This document shows, in pieces, positions 48,663-60,300 of a DNA stretch of 64,000 nt (position 1 is its first letter; each line of letters opens with the position of its first letter). Under the pieces are notes generated by a model, which made no database searches, had not been told where the DNA came from, and worked only from the letters and a program-made list of their open reading frames with translations. A program made the position numbers and the translations under genes. Source of the stretch: Thraustochytrium aureum (Eukaryota); the NCBI GenBank assembly GCA_012862495.1, contig BLSG01000014.1, positions 1 through 64,000 on the forward strand, in the 5' to 3' direction.

Positions 48663-49529
48663 TTAGTCCTCTTCCTCCAACTCGGCTCCCAATTCGTCCT
48701 CGTCTTCGAGCTCTACTTCCTGCTCAAAGTCGCGCATCTTGGCGCCGAGCATGTAGTCTTCGCGAAGAGCGCCCCACCCGCCGCTGCCTGCAGAGCCTTC
48801 GACAGCCTCCTTTCGAGGAGCCGCGGTCTCGGCTCCTCTCTCTGCGCTCGCCTCTGTTGCGCCCTTCTTGAGAAGGTCCAGGAATGTCTCCTTGGTAGCT
48901 TCCTTGACGCCCTTTGCCGCCGTGGCTGGCGCGTCCTTGGCCGCGACCTTGCCGGCCACACGAGCCTTGGACTGGTGCTTTTGAATCGCGTTGAACAGCA
49001 CGACGACGCCGCGAGTGGCAACCCTGCGCAGCTGCCGCTCGAAGACGACGTTCTGCAGCTCGGGCTGCACAAGGCCTTGTTCTCGGCGTGCTCTTTTCTC
49101 GGCCCGAAGCCGCTTTGCCTCTGCCATCTCGCGTTTCGCCTTTTCGATTTCCTTCATCTCGCGTGTTTTGCGCTTGCGCAGCACCGTATCGCCTTCCTCG
49201 TCTTGGTCTTCCTCGCTCTCTTCTGCAGCGTCCTTTGCTCCAGCGCCTACGACCAGGTCTTTGAGGGTGCTTGCGAAGAAGGCCCCTTCGTCGTCGTTGG
49301 GGGCGTCCTCCTCCTCCTTCTCGTCCTCCTCGGCTTGTTCGATCTCATCCGCATCCACGCCATCGCTGCTCGAGGCATCTTCCTCTGCATCCTGAGCCCT
49401 GTCCTGCTCGACGTGGTCCTCCGCGGCGAGCTGCTCGGCGGGGTCAAGTTCAGACTCGGCCACCTTGGTCGCAGGTCGCCGCCTGTCCGCTGCCCTGGCC
49501 CTCGTCGCCGGCGCTACAGCGCGGCCTTC
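48663..49529 (-). CDS. RRP15: RRP15-like ribosome biogenesis protein, 5' end in gap
   Basis: ERQLRRVATRGVVVLFNAIQKHQ, KETFLDLLK, WGALREDYM, acidic tracts. Confidence 0.88.
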   Translation of the reverse strand, partial: EGRAVAPATRARAADRRRPATKVAESELDPAEQLAAEDHVEQDRAQDAEEDASSSDGVDADEIEQAEEDEKEEEDAPNDDEGAFFASTLKDLVVGAGAKDAAEESEEDQDEEGDTVLRKRKTREMKEIEKAKREMAEAKRLRAEKRARREQGLVQPELQNVVFERQLRRVATRGVVVLFNAIQKHQSKARVAGKVAAKDAPATAAKGVKEATKETFLDLLKKGATEASAERGAETAAPRKEAVEGSAGSGGWGALREDYMLGAKMRDFEQEVELEDEDELGAELEEED

Positions 49530-49965
49530 NNNNNNNNNNNNNNNNNNNNNNNNNNNNNNNNNNNNNNNNNNNNNNNNNNNNNNNNNNNNNNNNNNNNNNN
49601 NNNNNNNNNNNNNNNNNNNNNNNNNNNNNNNNNNNNNNNNNNNNNNNNNNNNNNNNNNNNNNNNNNNNNNNNNNNNNNNNNNNNNNNNNNNNNNNNNNNN
49701 NNNNNNNNNNNNNNNNNNNNNNNNNNNNNNNNNNNNNNNNNNNNNNNNNNNNNNNNNNNNNNNNNNNNNNNNNNNNNNNNNNNNNNNNNNNNNNNNNNNN
49801 NNNNNNNNNNNNNNNNNNNNNNNNNNNNNNNNNNNNNNNNNNNNNNNNNNNNNNNNNNNNNNNNNNNNNNNNNNNNNNNNNNNNNNNNNNNNNNNNNNNN
49901 NNNNNNNNNNNNNNNNNNNNNNNNNNNNNNNNNNNNNNNNNNNNNNNNNNNNNNNNNNNNNNNNN

Positions 49966-51072
49966 GGAAGAACATGTCTCGCTCGCCGGTCATGGAGAAG
50001 TAAAACTCCTCTGGCATGGCCTCTGCACACCACTGAGTCATCCACAGCGGTCCTGAAAAACGGTCGTCGCCGTCCTCGTCGGTGCGAGGGACGGAAAAGC
50101 AGGATTCTGACCCGGACGCATTGTAGAACAGGGCGGCCGCGCGGCGCAGCACCTGTGTGGCCTCGCTGGTCGAGGCTGCCGCAGCACACGCCGCCTTGAC
50201 CGGAAAGGCTGGCAGGAAAACGTCGGTGCGCCCGGTCAAGTAATTGGACCTGAACGGGAACTCGCCCATCGCCATCGTGTCGAAAGCGTTTGCCACCCAG
50301 AGAGCCACGTCGAGCGACGACACTGACGCGCTGCAGAGCCCAAAGGCCTGCGCGAGTTCATCTCCAGACCACGAACGGCGGAAAAACGCGGCGTACGCCG
50401 ATCGCACCTTGGCGGCGCAGGCTGGCCCAGCCGTTTCGGTCACGATGCGCCAGTAGCCATTGCCGCCGTCCTCGAAAAAGGAAAACCCTTGGCCCTCAAA
50501 CGCAAAAATCGGCGCGCTCGCCGCGACCGCTCCAGTGACTAGGGCAGGGTACTTGTACCGGAACCAGGCACTGAGCATTCCTCCGTAGCTCCCACCAAAC
50601 GCAACGACGGGCGAAGTGAAGGCCGAGCGGTTGGCTTGGAACGAGTACAAGAGCGCCGCGTAGTCAGCGAGGGCCTGGTCGTGTGTCAAAAACTCGAGCT
50701 GGCTGTTGTTCGCAACCTTGCTCTTTCCGTAGTACCTGTGCTCGGCGAACAAAACGGCGGCGCCAAAGCCAGCCGCGTTTTCCCACACAAGCCCTGTGGC
50801 CTGCACGTACAAGCTAACGTCTGCTTCGTTGCCAGTGTAGAAGAAGATGGGGCTTCCGTCCCGCCCCAGTGCGTCGTGTCCACAAAGTACCTCTGCGCAA
50901 ACGTCTCCCTCGCCCCGTCCCCAGACCCGAAGTGGTCCACGCGGTTTTCAAACCATCTCTCCTCTGCGCGCCAAGGGCCACCTCGTGCACCGCTAACTGT
51001 TGCGGTGGCCGATCCCGAACCAAGGAGCAGCGCCAGCGCAAGCAACGCCGAGTCCTTGATGCGGACCCGCAT
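49966..51072 (-). CDS. PRCP: Peptidase S28 (lysosomal Pro-X carboxypeptidase-like); frameshift near 50850; 3' end in gap
   Basis: Signal peptide, RVDHF, TFAQRY, corrected FFYTGNE, FAEHRYYGKS, QALADYA, FGGSYGGMLSAWFRYKYP, ASAP. Confidence 0.92.
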
Positions 51073-51342
51073 CGTGCCAGGACGTCCGCTGGGCTGCTCA
51101 AGTCGAGCAGCGAGTACCGACGGCAGCGCCTTTCCCTTCTGCCAAGCGAGTCTGCGAGTTTGTGCCTCAGAGACAATCGAAAAAGCAATTGATCGCGATC
51201 AAGGAATTGTTTCTTCACTTGGTGAGACGCGCGAGACGTCCGCGACAGCGACCACTTGCCGACAAGCTTCAAAAGTTCTTGATCAATCAGCGAGCCGCCT
51301 TCGTGGCGCAGCGAGACGTCCCTGTCGGTGCTGCCTGACCAA

Positions 51343-51441
51343 CTCATTGGTTGGGCAGCGTTGTTTCTTTCACTTTTCTTTCTCTTTTCTTTCTTTTGAG
51401 GTCGCACCTCCCGTCTTTTAGCGAGTACCAACCACATGGAG
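51343..51441 (-). mobile_element. Complete MITE-like element with imperfect terminal inverted repeats
   Basis: CTCATTGGTTGGG ... CCAACCACATGGAG|TA; shares its internal segment with 11593-11679. Confidence 0.7.
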
Positions 51442-51892
51442 TACTACTTCGAGTTGTTCATGATCTCTCGTGGATCGTCAGCAACCGAGGTGACGGCCTT
51501 CAACAGCATGAACAGCACAGCATGATCATCATGGTGAATCACAATCGGGTTTGTGTGGCTCGCGATGTGTTCGTCGCGTTGGTTCAAAATACCAGACAAA
51601 GCGTGTCCGTTTTCAAAAACCGATCACAGAGAAGGAGCGCGGCAGACCCACAGCTACCTCGTAGACGCGCTCCAGGCCGCACGGCAGAGGCGGCAGAGGC
51701 GGCGCGCGCGAGGCTCTTCAAGATCGCTGCGGGCCGGCAGCTGGCGCAAGCCACGGTCGCTGTGGCTCGGCTGCGCGACAGAGGCGCTTGGCGGTGGTTG
51801 GCCAGCGAGTCTCGCAAAGCCGACTGCGACGGGCAGTTAGGCTCTAGAGGTAGTCGTTTGTCGAGGCGCGCCAAGTGCGCGGCCCCGAAGAG

Positions 51893-54431
51893 ATGCAGAG
51901 GTCGAGGTACTTTGCTCGCAACGTCCAACACGAGCAAGAGTCGATTCTCGACCTGCCGCTTGACTCGGCGAACGGAGTGGACCTGTTCGCCAAGTTTGAA
52001 GGCCCCGGCTCCGCCTCCAAGCCCGCGCGAAAGTCTCCCGCGCCTTTGACTGCAGTCTCCGCGTCAGAGGACGACGATTGCACTATGAGCGCGTCCCAGG
52101 GCAGCCCCGACGACGCGCCGGGGCCCACACGCAGCGGTGCTGTTCTGATCGACTCGAGTGACAGCGAGGCCGAGGCCACGAGCAAGCCGCGGAGCTCTTC
52201 ATGTGCCAAGTCGGTGGCGCCAGCCGTCACTCGGCGCAACCCCCGTTATGGTGGTTTCTTCCTCGTCAGAGGAAGAGGCGGAAAGAGGCAGTGGGGGCAC
52301 GGGCGCAGAGGCCCCCAAAAAGCTGCGGAGAAAACGCAAAATGGCCAGCCGCCCTAGCGACGCTAAGCCCCATGCAGCGTCCAAGCCGCTAGCAGCGCTC
52401 GAAGTGGACTCGAGCTCTGACGGCAGCAGCTCCGAGGACAGCGGCCGACGCCAAGGTGGGAAGCTTCTAAAGGGGAAGCGGAGGAAGCGACTTGCCAAGC
52501 CCGCCGGCCTCAAGGTCGCCCAGAGGCGGAAAGACGCTCCAACGTACGATTTGGACTCGGCGATGGGAGCATTGCGTGAGGACATCGCCAACGACCCGAG
52601 CCCGCTGGCATCAACGCCGCTCCGGCCAAAAAACAAGTCTGGCGGGGCAAATGGAAAGGCCCGCGCTTCGCCAGACAGCCAGGACGAGTCAGAGAGCGGC
52701 GACGACTTTTCCGGGAGCGAGGAGGGCGACGCGGTGGGCAAGCTATTTGAGCGGTGCCAGGCCATTTCAGAAAAGCTTGTGGCCCACGTCAAGAACCTGA
52801 ACCTCGCAGGCTCGAGCGAAGCGGCCGCAGAGGTGAACCATCTTGGGACGCAGATGGTTGTATCGCGCACAGAGGCGGACAACCTCTTCCCGGGTAGCCT
52901 TACCCTCAAGGACTACCAGCTGGTTGGACTCAACTGGCTGGCTGTGCTGTACAGGGAGGACCTGAACGGGATCCTTGCCGACGAAATGGGTCTCGGGAAA
53001 ACCGTTCAAGCCATCGCTGTCTTGGCGTGGCTGAGAAAGGTCAAGGGCATCCGCGGGCCGCACCTGGTCGTAGCCCCGGGGTCAACGCTGGAGAATTGGC
53101 GCCGCGAGCTTGANNNNNNNNNNNNNNNNNNNNNNNNNNNNNNNNNNNNNNNNNNNNNNNNNNNNNNNNNNNNNNNNNNNNNNNNNNNNNNNNNNNNNNN
53201 NNNNNNNNNNNNNNNNNNNNNNNNNNNNNNNNNNNNNNNNNNNNNNNNNNNNNNNNNNNNNNNNNNNNNNNNNNNNNNNNNNNNNNNNNNNNNNNNNNNN
53301 NNNNNNNNNNNNNNNNNNNNNNNNNNNNNNNNNNNNNNNNNNNNNNNNNNNNNNNNNNNNNNNNNNNNNNNNNNNNNNNNNNNNNNNNNNNNNNNNNNNN
53401 NNNNNNNNNNNNNNNNNNNNNNNNNNNNNNNNNNNNNNNNNNNNNNNNNNNNNNNNNNNNNNNNNNNNNNNNNNNNNNNNNNNNNNNNNNNNNNNNNNNN
53501 NNNNNNNNNNNNNNNNNNNNNNNNNNNNNNNNNNNNNNNNNNNNNNNNNNNNNNNNNNNNNNNNNNNNNNNNNNNNNNNGTCGCCGAGTATCGGGCCAAC
53601 AAGGGTGGCTTTGTGCATTTTTTCTCCGAGCTGCGCAAAGCAGCAAACCACCCGCTCCTCGTTCGCAGCCAGTTTGGCCGAGACGCTGCGTCCGCGGGCG
53701 ACAGCGTGGACCGCCGCATGGATCGCGTCGCGGCCTTGCTCGACCAGTGCGGCGCCTTCGGGCCGGAAGCCTCGGGCGAAATGATTCGTTCCGAGATTAA
53801 AAACTACTCGGACTGGGACCTCCACCTCTTGGCCACCCAGTACGGGCCCGCATGTCCAGAGCTCGCCAAGATGAAGCTGCCAGACGAGAGGCTGTGGCTG
53901 TCCAGCAAGGCGCAAGAGTTGCGCCGACTGCTTCCCGAGCTCCGTTCGGCGGGCCACCGCTTTCTCATTTTTTCGCAGTGGACCACAATCCTCGACCTCA
54001 TCCAAGAGATGATGCACGCGCTTGGCATTTCGTACGTTCGCTTTGACGGCCAAACGGCTGTTTCTGAGCGCCAGGCCATCATCGACAACTACAACACCGA
54101 CCTCACAATCTCGGCTTGCCTGCTTAGCACGCGGGCGGGAGGAATGGGCATTAATTTGACCAGCGCCGACACGGTCATTCTGCACGACTTGGATTTCAAC
54201 CCGAGCCTGGACCGCCAAGCAGAGGACCGCTGCCACCGCATCGGGCAAACCAAGACGGTGCGCGTCTACAAGCTGGTCACCAAGGGCACGGTTGACGAAA
54301 ACATACTCCATATTCAAACGCGCAAGAAACAGCTTGACGAGTCGCTGCTGGCAGCGAACGGGTCGACGCCGCACAAACAGGCAGGCAAGAGCAGCAAGGA
54401 CCCCATCAAGCTCATCATGGAGCGCTTGTGA
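51893..54431 (+). CDS. SMARCAD1: SNF2-family chromatin remodeller, SMARCAD1/Fun30/ETL1-like (gap 53113-53579; frameshift near 52200)
   Basis: [70 protein letters not shown]. Confidence 0.88.
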
Positions 54432-54661
54432 CGTGAGATCAGCAGCAAAATTTGCGAAGCTGCAAGAAAGCCCCGCCGTGGTGGCCTGGCTGTAGGTCAA
54501 GGCGCGATCGGTCGATATGCCGTCCAGACCAACAAATAGTTCCTTTGCGATCATTGCTCAGTTTTTCTGTGTACGGACGAGAAGAAAGGGAACACTACAG
54601 CATGCGCGCAATGCGCGCATGCCCATGCGAACTCGGCGCGCGGCAGGATCACTCCCGGTTT

Positions 54662-55561
54662 TCATTGGTGCGTTCCATTGTTGTCGTCGTCGTCGTCAAA
54701 CGTCCCATTGAGGCGGAGCAACGCGCGAAAGTGGCGATACCTCTCCGTGCTTACCGTTGTGGCCCCGAGCTTGAACGCCTCGTGGAGCTCCTTGACAAGG
54801 TTGATGGCCCCGTCTTGCCAGTTGCAGGCAACGACCACCATTCCACGCTTGGCGAGGTGCCGCAGCATTGGTGAGACCAAATACAAGAACCCAAAGTCAT
54901 TTGGGATCCAAATGTGCGCGCCAGGCGTGACAGAGACAAACGGAAGCACGCCACACACATAAGCGAGCATCAACCACTTGGTCTCCGAGCCGCTCAGGAC
55001 GGTAGCAACATCCGGCTTGAGGGTTCTGCAGTGTCGGTTCACCTTGGAGCTCGTGAAACTGCCCCAGACGACGCGCGACCAGTCGCCTGCGGCGTCGACC
55101 GCGGCCTTGACCTTTTCAACAAGTTCAATATTGTCTTTGCTCTCGTCTTTGATCTCGATCAGGACGGGTGTCTGCCCCAGCGACCGCAAGGCCTCCACGA
55201 GGCTTGGCACTTGGATTGGAAACTGGTGTCGCAACAACTCGCGCGTGTAAACACTTGAGAACGAGAGTTTGGGGTGCAGCCTCGCCAGACAGTCGTCGTG
55301 GAACACGACAACCTCGCCGTCCTTGGTCAGCTGGGCGTCCAGCTCTACCATCTCCGCGTCCTCTGTGCGGCACCGCTCGAACGCAGCGACTGTGTTCTCC
55401 ACCACGCCGTCATCCACCTCCATGAGGCCCCTATGCGCCACAAGCCTTGGCGCCTTGGCGGCGGCACCCGTGTCCTCTCGCACCCATCCTCGCAGCAGCT
55501 GCAGCACTGTGCCCCAGTATATCCAGACCACTGCGAACGCGTTGGCAATCTCGTACAGCAT
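54662..55561 (-). CDS. Glycerophosphodiester phosphodiesterase (GDPD1/3-like) with N-terminal anchor
   Basis: LVAHRG, ENTVAAF, VELDAQLTKDGEVVVFHD, LIEIK, VVWGSF. Confidence 0.9.
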   Translation of the reverse strand: MLYEIANAFAVVWIYWGTVLQLLRGWVREDTGAAAKAPRLVAHRGLMEVDDGVVENTVAAFERCRTEDAEMVELDAQLTKDGEVVVFHDDCLARLHPKLSFSSVYTRELLRHQFPIQVPSLVEALRSLGQTPVLIEIKDESKDNIELVEKVKAAVDAAGDWSRVVWGSFTSSKVNRHCRTLKPDVATVLSGSETKWLMLAYVCGVLPFVSVTPGAHIWIPNDFGFLYLVSPMLRHLAKRGMVVVACNWQDGAINLVKELHEAFKLGATTVSTERYRHFRALLRLNGTFDDDDDNNGTHQ

Positions 55562-55929
55562 CCTGTGTCAACTGACGAGACAGACCACGAAGGAGCAGCG
55601 NNNNNNNNNNNNNNNNNNNNNNNNNNNNNNNNNNNNNNNNNNNNNNNNNNNNNNNNNNNNNNNNNNNNNNNNNNNNNNNNNNNNNNNNNNNNNNNNNNNN
55701 NNNNNNNNNNNNNNNNNNNNNNNNNNNNNNNNNNNNNNNNNNNNNNNNNNNNNNNNNNNCTGACGAGACAGACCACGAAGGAGCAGCGAGGTCGGCCAGC
55801 GCACGGCCCTGCCGAGCTGCGGCGCGTCGGACTGCGGCGCGTTGAGCTGCCAGTGTCTCATTTTCATTCGCGCGCTCTAGAGGTAGAGTACCCTACCGGT
55901 ACCGGTAGAGTATCTTGTAGTCGTTTAAA

Positions 55930-55961
55930 GGGTTAGGTTAGGTTAGGTAGGTTTAGGTTAG
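55930..55961 (+). repeat. Telomere-like (TTAGG)n interstitial tract in a divergent promoter
   Basis: GGGTTAGGTTAGGTTAGGTAGGTTTAGGTTAG. Confidence 0.75.
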
Positions 55962-56123
55962 ATATTATCTTTTTACCGTCAGCAGTCGGGTCGCCAGCGG
56001 ATCGCGCAGGCGCTAGACACCGTTGCGAAAGCTCCATCCTTGCGGGGCGGCGGTGGTGGTTACATACTTGGCAGCAGCGCTTTTTCTCGGGGCCGGCTGA
56101 GCGAACGCGGCCACAACTGCGAG

Positions 56124-59100
56124 ATGGAGGAGGACGACAGCATGGTAACGGCCTACGAGCGCCCCAGCAAGGAGCTGGAAAGCGTGATTGACGTCGAAGA
56201 GGAGCCGACGATGATCCAGGACCCAACGAGCCGCTGGGCAGTGGTGCTCAGGTACCGCGCTCTGCCGTTGACGATCGCAGACCTCAGCAAGACGCTGATC
56301 CGAACGGGAGGACTCTGTTTCGACCCCGAGCTTCGGGTCCCAGAGAAAACATTCTTCGCGGAAACGGTTCGACTGAAGCGGATATTCAACGGTGAGCATG
56401 CAGAGTCAAACGAGGCTGGCCCCGTTGAGGAGGACGAGGTCGCGATCGAAGGCTTGGACGCCTACACTGGGTTTCGGTACTTTCACTGGCACCCGGCTGG
56501 TCGCCGGTTGCTGTTCACAGGGCGCATCGAACGCGGCGGCGTTGAACGGCTCGACCTGCTGATGGTCTCGTTCGACCCGGAACAGGCCGCTCGCGCGCAG
56601 ACCATTGTGGCGCGCAAGATCGTCACAGAGAGGGTGTTCAACGCGATTGTGCACCGGCCAGCGACCTTTGTTGGAGACGGGTCCCACGTTTTGTGCTACT
56701 TTTGTCCCGCTAGCGCTGGACCGCCGCCCGGGGCCCCAAAGGTCCCCGCGGGACCGAATGTGAAGGAAAACGCGTCGGGCAAGAAGGCACCTGCGCGGAC
56801 TTACCAGCGCTTGATCGCCTCGCAGCACGACGAGGCACTCTTCGAGTACTACACGAAGGTAGACCTGGTCGTGCTTGCGCTGAGCGAGAACGATGACGCG
56901 CACTGCCTGCAGCAGACCCTAGCCGAAGGCGAGATGGTACGATTTGCCTCGCTTTCCCCCGACAAACGGCACATGCTTGTTTCTATCACACGAAAACCAT
57001 TTTCGTGGACGCTCCCGTACGGCAAGTTTGCAAAGTCGATTCAGGTCTGGACGCTGTCGCGCGAGCTGAGCGCGCACCCCGCACCTGCGACTCACGAGAA
57101 AGCACTGAGCAAACACCCTGCGTATCCAGAGCGCGGAGCGGTTGGCGCAGTTTCGTTTGAGCGGGCTGACGACAAGTACGAGCCGGTAGCTTTCACGCAC
57201 CCTGTCGTTGTAGACAACGACTGTTCGACGAAAAAGGGCGGCTGGGCTGACCCCCCGGCAGAGCAGGTCGACCAGACCGAGCTGGGGTCCCGCTTCTCGT
57301 ACCACGGCCAGATCTTTTTGGAGGGCGGCTTGCCGCGCAACCCGGTCGGCCGAACCGGCATGGTAGGTCGTGGGCTGCTTGGCAAGTGGGGCCCCAACCA
57401 CGCAGCTGACGCCATCGTCACGCGCACCTTCGAAGGCCGTCTGCAGATGGTCGCCATCCAGCGCAAAGACACTGGGGCTTGGGCCATCCCTGGCGGCATG
57501 GTGGACCCGGGGGAGTCGGTGCCCGCCGCCATGAAGCGCGAGTTCATGGAGGAGGCCGGGAACTTGAACCTTGGGCCGCACGAGGCCGAGGAGCACCGCG
57601 CAAAGGTGGACCGCCTGTTCGCCAGAGGGTTTGAAATATATCGAGGATACGTGGACGACCCGCGCAACACGGACAATGCGTGGATGGAGTCCTCGTTTGT
57701 TCATTTTCATTGCGATGACGACCTCGGGCGGTCCATTCCTCTCGAGGCCGGCGATGATGCAGGGGCGGTCTCGTGGCTCGATGTCGACGAGGACAACGCC
57801 GACTTTGCAAATCTGTACGCCAGTCACAAAGCCATGGTGCTCCGCGCCGCCGAGCGGTTGCGCGATGAGGCGGCAAGCCGGCGCCGGGAGGAGGCCGCTC
57901 TTGCTGTCAGCGTGGCCGAGCGGTCCACTGTGATCGAGGTACCTAGCGAGGAAGGGGTAGTCATCTCCTTTGACGCCCGCATGCGCGGGCCGCGCGGCTT
58001 AGCTGGCACTCGCAACGCCCGAGCACGCTCGAGTTTCGCTTCGCCCTGGACNNNNNNNNNNNNNNNNNNNNNNNNNNNNNNNNNNNNNNNNNNNNNNNNN
58101 NNNNNNNNNNNNNNNNNNNNNNNNNNNNNNNNNNNNNNNNNNNNNNNNNNNNNNNNNNNNNNNNNNNNNNNNNNNNNNNNNNNNNNNNNNNNNNNNNNNN
58201 NNNNNNNNNNNNNNNNNNNNGGACGGCGGGGACCCAAAGGCCGACGCTGCGATTGAGGACAAGGCGCGGGACGCCCTTTACCTCCTCGAACGCCCGTATG
58301 TGCTGGGGACAGGGATGGACCGTGACCCGGTCGGCGCGACCAACGTCGCGCTTGTTGTTCGGACAGAGTTTCGCATTTCCGGAGTGTCTTGGGCGCGCGC
58401 GGGGACGGGCCTTGGCTTTGTGTCAGAGCGTTGGCGAAAGACGCGCTGGACGCGGACGTGGGTCCTGCGCGAGGACCGCCCAGGCAAGTTTACCGCCACC
58501 AAGCTTTTCGACCGTTCCTTTGACGACGCCTATACGTCGCCTGGCTCGCTGCTCAGCTATCAAGACGCGAATGGGCTGCGCCACGTGCAGCAGAGCGCTG
58601 AGGAAGGTTTTTTTGACCTGCTGGGCAGCGGTGCGTCCCCAGCGGGCTCGCGACCATTCTATGACCGACTCTACGTCAGCGCGCCTCCGCTAAAGGCAGG
58701 CAAAGCTGAGAGTCAAGCCGCGTCTTCACTCACATGCAGGATCGAACGAGTTTGGCGCGCTACGCTAGACCCGAACGCCGACGAACACGAACTCGGCCTG
58801 GAGGCCTCGGGCGAGCCTGGCGGAGCGTTTACTCCTCCCGAAAAGCGGCGGCCCGTGTACGAGGTCTTTGACGATTTGGCTGTTGGGGGCCACTGGGCCC
58901 TGCTCCGGCGCGAGTCGAACGACGAGCCGCCCAACTTTTACTGGTACCACATTGCCTCTGGGCGCGAGTGGCAGATCTCGCGGTTCACGCACCCGCAGCC
59001 CGCTCTTGTCGGCGTGCGCAAAGAGCTCGTCAAGTACACGCGCGGCGACGGGCTTGAACTGAACGGCGACCTGTACCTCCCCAAAGGGTACGACCCAGAA

Positions 59101-60019
59101 ATCGATGGGCCACGGCGCTGCCTGCTCTGGGCGTACCCGCGCGAGTTCAAGGCCAAGTCGGTGGCTGGACAGGTCAAGACTTCCCCCTTCCGCTTCACGC
59201 GAACTTCTTGGTCGCGTCCTGTCACATGGGTTGTCAAGGGCTGGGTGGTGCTTGGGTTTGCCTCTCCGATCGTGGCTGAAGGCGCGGACGCGGAGCCAAA
59301 CGACACGTTTGTGGAGCAGGTGCAGCTCAATGCGCACGCTGCAGTCAAGCTTCTCGTGGACCGTGGCCTTGGCCGGGTCGGGGGGTTCGCGGTGGGCGGG
59401 CGACTCGTACGGGGCATTTATGACTGCGCACTTGTTGGCGCATACCGACTACTTTAGCGCGGGTATCGCGCGCTCGGGAGCCTACTTGCGCGCACTCACG
59501 CCCTTTGGGTTCCAGGCCGAGGAGCGGACCTTCTGGGAGGCGCCCGAAGCCTACGCGCGCTTGTCGCCGTTCTCCCACGTGCCGAGCATCGCCAAGGGCC
59601 GCGGGAAGCTGCTGCTTGTGCACGGCACGCACGACGAGAACAGCGGCACGTACCCGCTGCAATCCGAGCGCCTCTTTGACGCGCTCAAGGGCCACGGAGC
59701 GATCACGCGCCTTGTCTTGCTGCCCAATGAGGGCCATGGCTATCGGGCGCGAGAGTCTGTTCTTCACCTCCTGGCTGAGCAAGAAAAGTGGTTGGACAGG
59801 TTTGTCGCCGATCCGGCCGGCGACCTTTCGAGCACCTGCGACTTGGCCCCACTTGATCCTGCCCTAGCTTCTCTCAGTGTTGCGTCCGGGTCAGGATCAC
59901 GCGCGCCAGCACAGGCTGCTGCCATAGATGGGGTCGCTTCCCACCGCGTCAAGGCCTTGCTGGCGGCGTCCGGCGCAGTGCTCCTCCTCGTCGGCGTGTG
60001 GCGTCGAGCGCGTCTTTAG
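56124..60019 (+). CDS. S9 prolyl-oligopeptidase-family peptidase (glutamyl endopeptidase-like) with inserted NUDT9-type Nudix domain and C-terminal TM anchor; frameshifts near 58000 and 59400; gap 58032-58220
   Basis: Propeller motifs VPAGPNVKEN..ARTYQRLI..LFEYY, DGGDPK; catalytic domain LYLPKGYDP, WAYPREFK, EPNDTF, GG-D-SYGAFMTA, GIARSGAY, HGTHDENSGT, EGHGY. Confidence 0.9.
57090..57870 (+). other. NUDT9-type ADP-ribose pyrophosphatase domain inside the S9 peptidase
   Basis: PRNPVGRTGMVGRGLLGKWGPNHAAD, WAIPGGMVDPGE..KREFMEEA, YRGYVDDPRNTDNAWME, LEAGDDA, LYASH. Confidence 0.93.
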
Positions 60020-60300
60020 CGCCGTGGACAACGTGTTGCTCTTGCAGCTTAGAAGAAATAACGATCTCGTGCTATGTGGGGCGGGCGCCTCGATGTGGCC
60101 GGACGCTGAAGCACAAGCTCCCAGAGTCCCAACGCGCCGCCTTCGTTTTCGATTACCACCACCGCAGCAGCAGTAGCAGTTGGCAGGAGGGAGCAAGCAA
60201 GCAAGCGTGCGCGCGGCACCGCATGCCTGGTACCTTGCTGGCAAGCGAGGCGGCTACGTGTGCCGCTTGCTGAGGTGCGGGATTTCCAGTTGGTGTTGGA

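Noticed and set aside
55569..55790. 29-bp duplication CTGACGAGACAGACCACGAAGGAGCAGCG on both sides of a gap
   Set aside because: Most likely a contig-end overlap or collapsed tandem repeat; cannot be resolved
57090..57870. Nudix insert as an intein, intron or TRPM2 fragment
   Set aside because: No intein C/S..HN termini, no evident splice signals at its borders, and no TRPM channel segments; it reads as a genuine in-frame domain
58032..58220. N-gap hiding an extra domain in the S9-Nudix gene
   Set aside because: Flanks read ...FALD and DGGDPK and overlap at GGAC, matching a contiguous family motif, so the true gap is probably near zero
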